Assembly: GCF_964213995.1 (NCBI RefSeq)
Contig: NW_027590191.1
Coordinates: forward strand, 1-64,000
Reading direction: 5' to 3'
DNA length: 64,000 bases
From: Mustelus asterias
Lineage: Eukaryota
Part shown: positions 62,181 through 64,000 of the stretch, in pieces
How positions within the stretch are numbered: the first letter of the stretch is position 1
Layout: each line of letters opens with the position of its first letter
The notes under the pieces: model-generated
The model's database searches: none
What the model saw: only the letters and a program-made list of their open reading frames with translations
What the model was told of the DNA's origin: nothing
Translations under genes and position numbers: made by a program

Positions 62181-62759
62181 CGCCTCTAAGATCTGGAATC
62201 TCTAAAGAGGACATTGATGAGTTGCTGTGGGCCCTCAGCAGCAGCACAGTTGCATAAACCCATATTATATTCCCCAATACTATTCACACCAATCGGCAGA
62301 ATCAACCCTGGTGCAGGGGAATCAACTCAGAGGAGCAAGAGCAGCCACAGGCAAAGCTAAAATGAGGAGTGTCGACTTGATGAATCTACAGATAACAAAC
62401 TGACTTGGAATGGAAGGTAGAAGGCAGGAGAATCAGTCTGAACAGCAGAATCAGATATATGACATTCCTCCAACCAGATCTAAGTTCTGCTGTTCTGCCA
62501 CATCGAGCCGTGGATGGTGGTGGACAATTAATCAAGCCACTGGATGACGAGGCTCCACAAATATCCACATCCTCCATGATGAATGATCGCAGCACATCAG
62601 TGCAAAAGATAAGGCTTTCGCAACAATCTTCAGCCACAATTGCCGAGTCTATGATCTAATTCGACCTCCTCGGGATATCCCTCGCATCACAGATGTTAGT
62701 CTTGAGCGAACTCGGTTCGCTCTATGTCGTATTAAAAGGTGCCTGATACTGGAGCGACC

Positions 62760-63860
62760 ATAAGATTAAAAGATCTAAGAGCAGAATTTGGCCATTCAGC
62801 CCATCGAGTCTGTCCTGCCATGCAATCATAGCTGATACATTTCTCAACCCCGTTCTCCCTCCCTTTCCCGTAAACGTTGATCCCTTTACCATGCAAGAAC
62901 ATAGCTTTCTCTTTCTTCAATGCACCCAATGACCTGGCCTCCGCTGCCTTCTGTAGCAATTCATTCCACAGACTCACCACAGGCTGGCTGAATAAATTCC
63001 TGCTTATCTCCATTCTAAATGTTCATCCCTTCACTCTGGGGTTGTGCCCTCGGTTCCTATTCTCTCCGACTGATAGAATTCTCTTTCCCACTTACTCTCT
63101 AATAAAGGCTTTTCAGTATTCTGTAAGTTTCAATTCGAAACCACCCCCACCCTTCATCCTTCGAAACTCCATCGAGTACAGATCCAGAGTACTCAAAATC
63201 TCTTTATACGTTAAGCCTTTCAATCCTGGGATATTTCTCGTGAACATCCTCTGGACTCTCTCCAAGACCAGCCCATACTTCCTTAGAAACGGGGTACAAA
63301 ATTGCCCACATATTCCAAACGTGGTCTGATCAGAGTCTTATAAGGCCTTGGCAGTACACCCCTGCTTTTGTATTCTGGTCCTCTCGAAATGAATACCAAT
63401 ATTGCATTTGTCTTTCTAAATACCAACTTAACTTGCAAGTGACCGAATCAATTCCTCCGCTATTTTTTGTCCTCCATTACTGCTTCTCCGGCGTCATTGC
63501 CAGCGGTCTTTTCTCTCCATTTCCCTTTCTATATCTAAAGAAAATCTTGCAATCTTATTTTATATTTCTGGCTCGCACACACTGAGATTGTATCTTCTCC
63601 CTCCTTGTTTTGTTTTCCTCTGTTGTTCTTCAAAGGATTTCCACTCCGCTGGCTTCCGACTAGTCTTTGCGACATTGTATTGCTTTTATGCTGTCCTTGA
63701 ATTCCCTCGTCAGCCATGGTTGCCTCGTCCTTCCCTGAGTATGCTTCATCTCCACATCATGCTTCTTCTTGGCATGAAATTTTGCTCTGCCTCCCGAATT
63801 ACGACCAGAAACTCCTGCCATTGCTGCTCCAACATCTTTCCTGCTAGGCTTCTCTCCCAA
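62760..63860 (-). mobile_element. CR1 fragments (3' end 62760-63450; upstream ORF2 piece 63530-63860)
   Basis: NLFSQ.VV.LWN.L, QPWLTRE and CR1 3'UTR. Confidence 0.8.
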
Positions 63861-64000
63861 TCAACAGCGGACAGCTCGAAGAACAAATCAAAGAGAAAAG
63901 AGCGGTACGGCACTGGAACAGACCGTTTGGCACTCCAAGCCTGCGCCGATCATGATGCCTGCGTAAATTACAACCGTATGAACTTACAGAGCCCCTATCG

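Overview
Eukaryotic, repeat-rich vertebrate DNA, most likely from a cartilaginous fish (shark). This is inferred from HE1-type SINEs, CR1 and Rex/Babar LINEs and a GPR139-like receptor exon. The left half (1-31.5 kb) is an antigen-receptor V-gene region with four T-cell-receptor alpha/delta-type V segments, each followed by a 23-type recombination signal. Two lie on the minus strand (one looks intact) and two on the plus strand (both pseudogenes). Between and around them is a birth-and-death tRNA gene cluster of about 20 Gln/Glu/Ile/Val/Asn/Ser/Leu genes and pseudogenes, built from tandem and inverted segmental duplications. 31521-44036 is a minus-strand endogenous retrovirus with two LTRs, a perfect tRNA-Phe PBS, gag-pro-pol and a gamma-type env. 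Its interior is odd: a duplicated integrase C-terminus bracketed by 57-bp inverted repeats, about 2.5 kb of extra sequence with an orphan ORF, nested CR1 insertions and no target-site duplication. The right part holds a GPR139-like GPCR exon, a 41-bp minisatellite and many LINE/SINE fragments. Most short ORFs in the supplied track are spurious. All alignments were made by eye; percentages are estimates.
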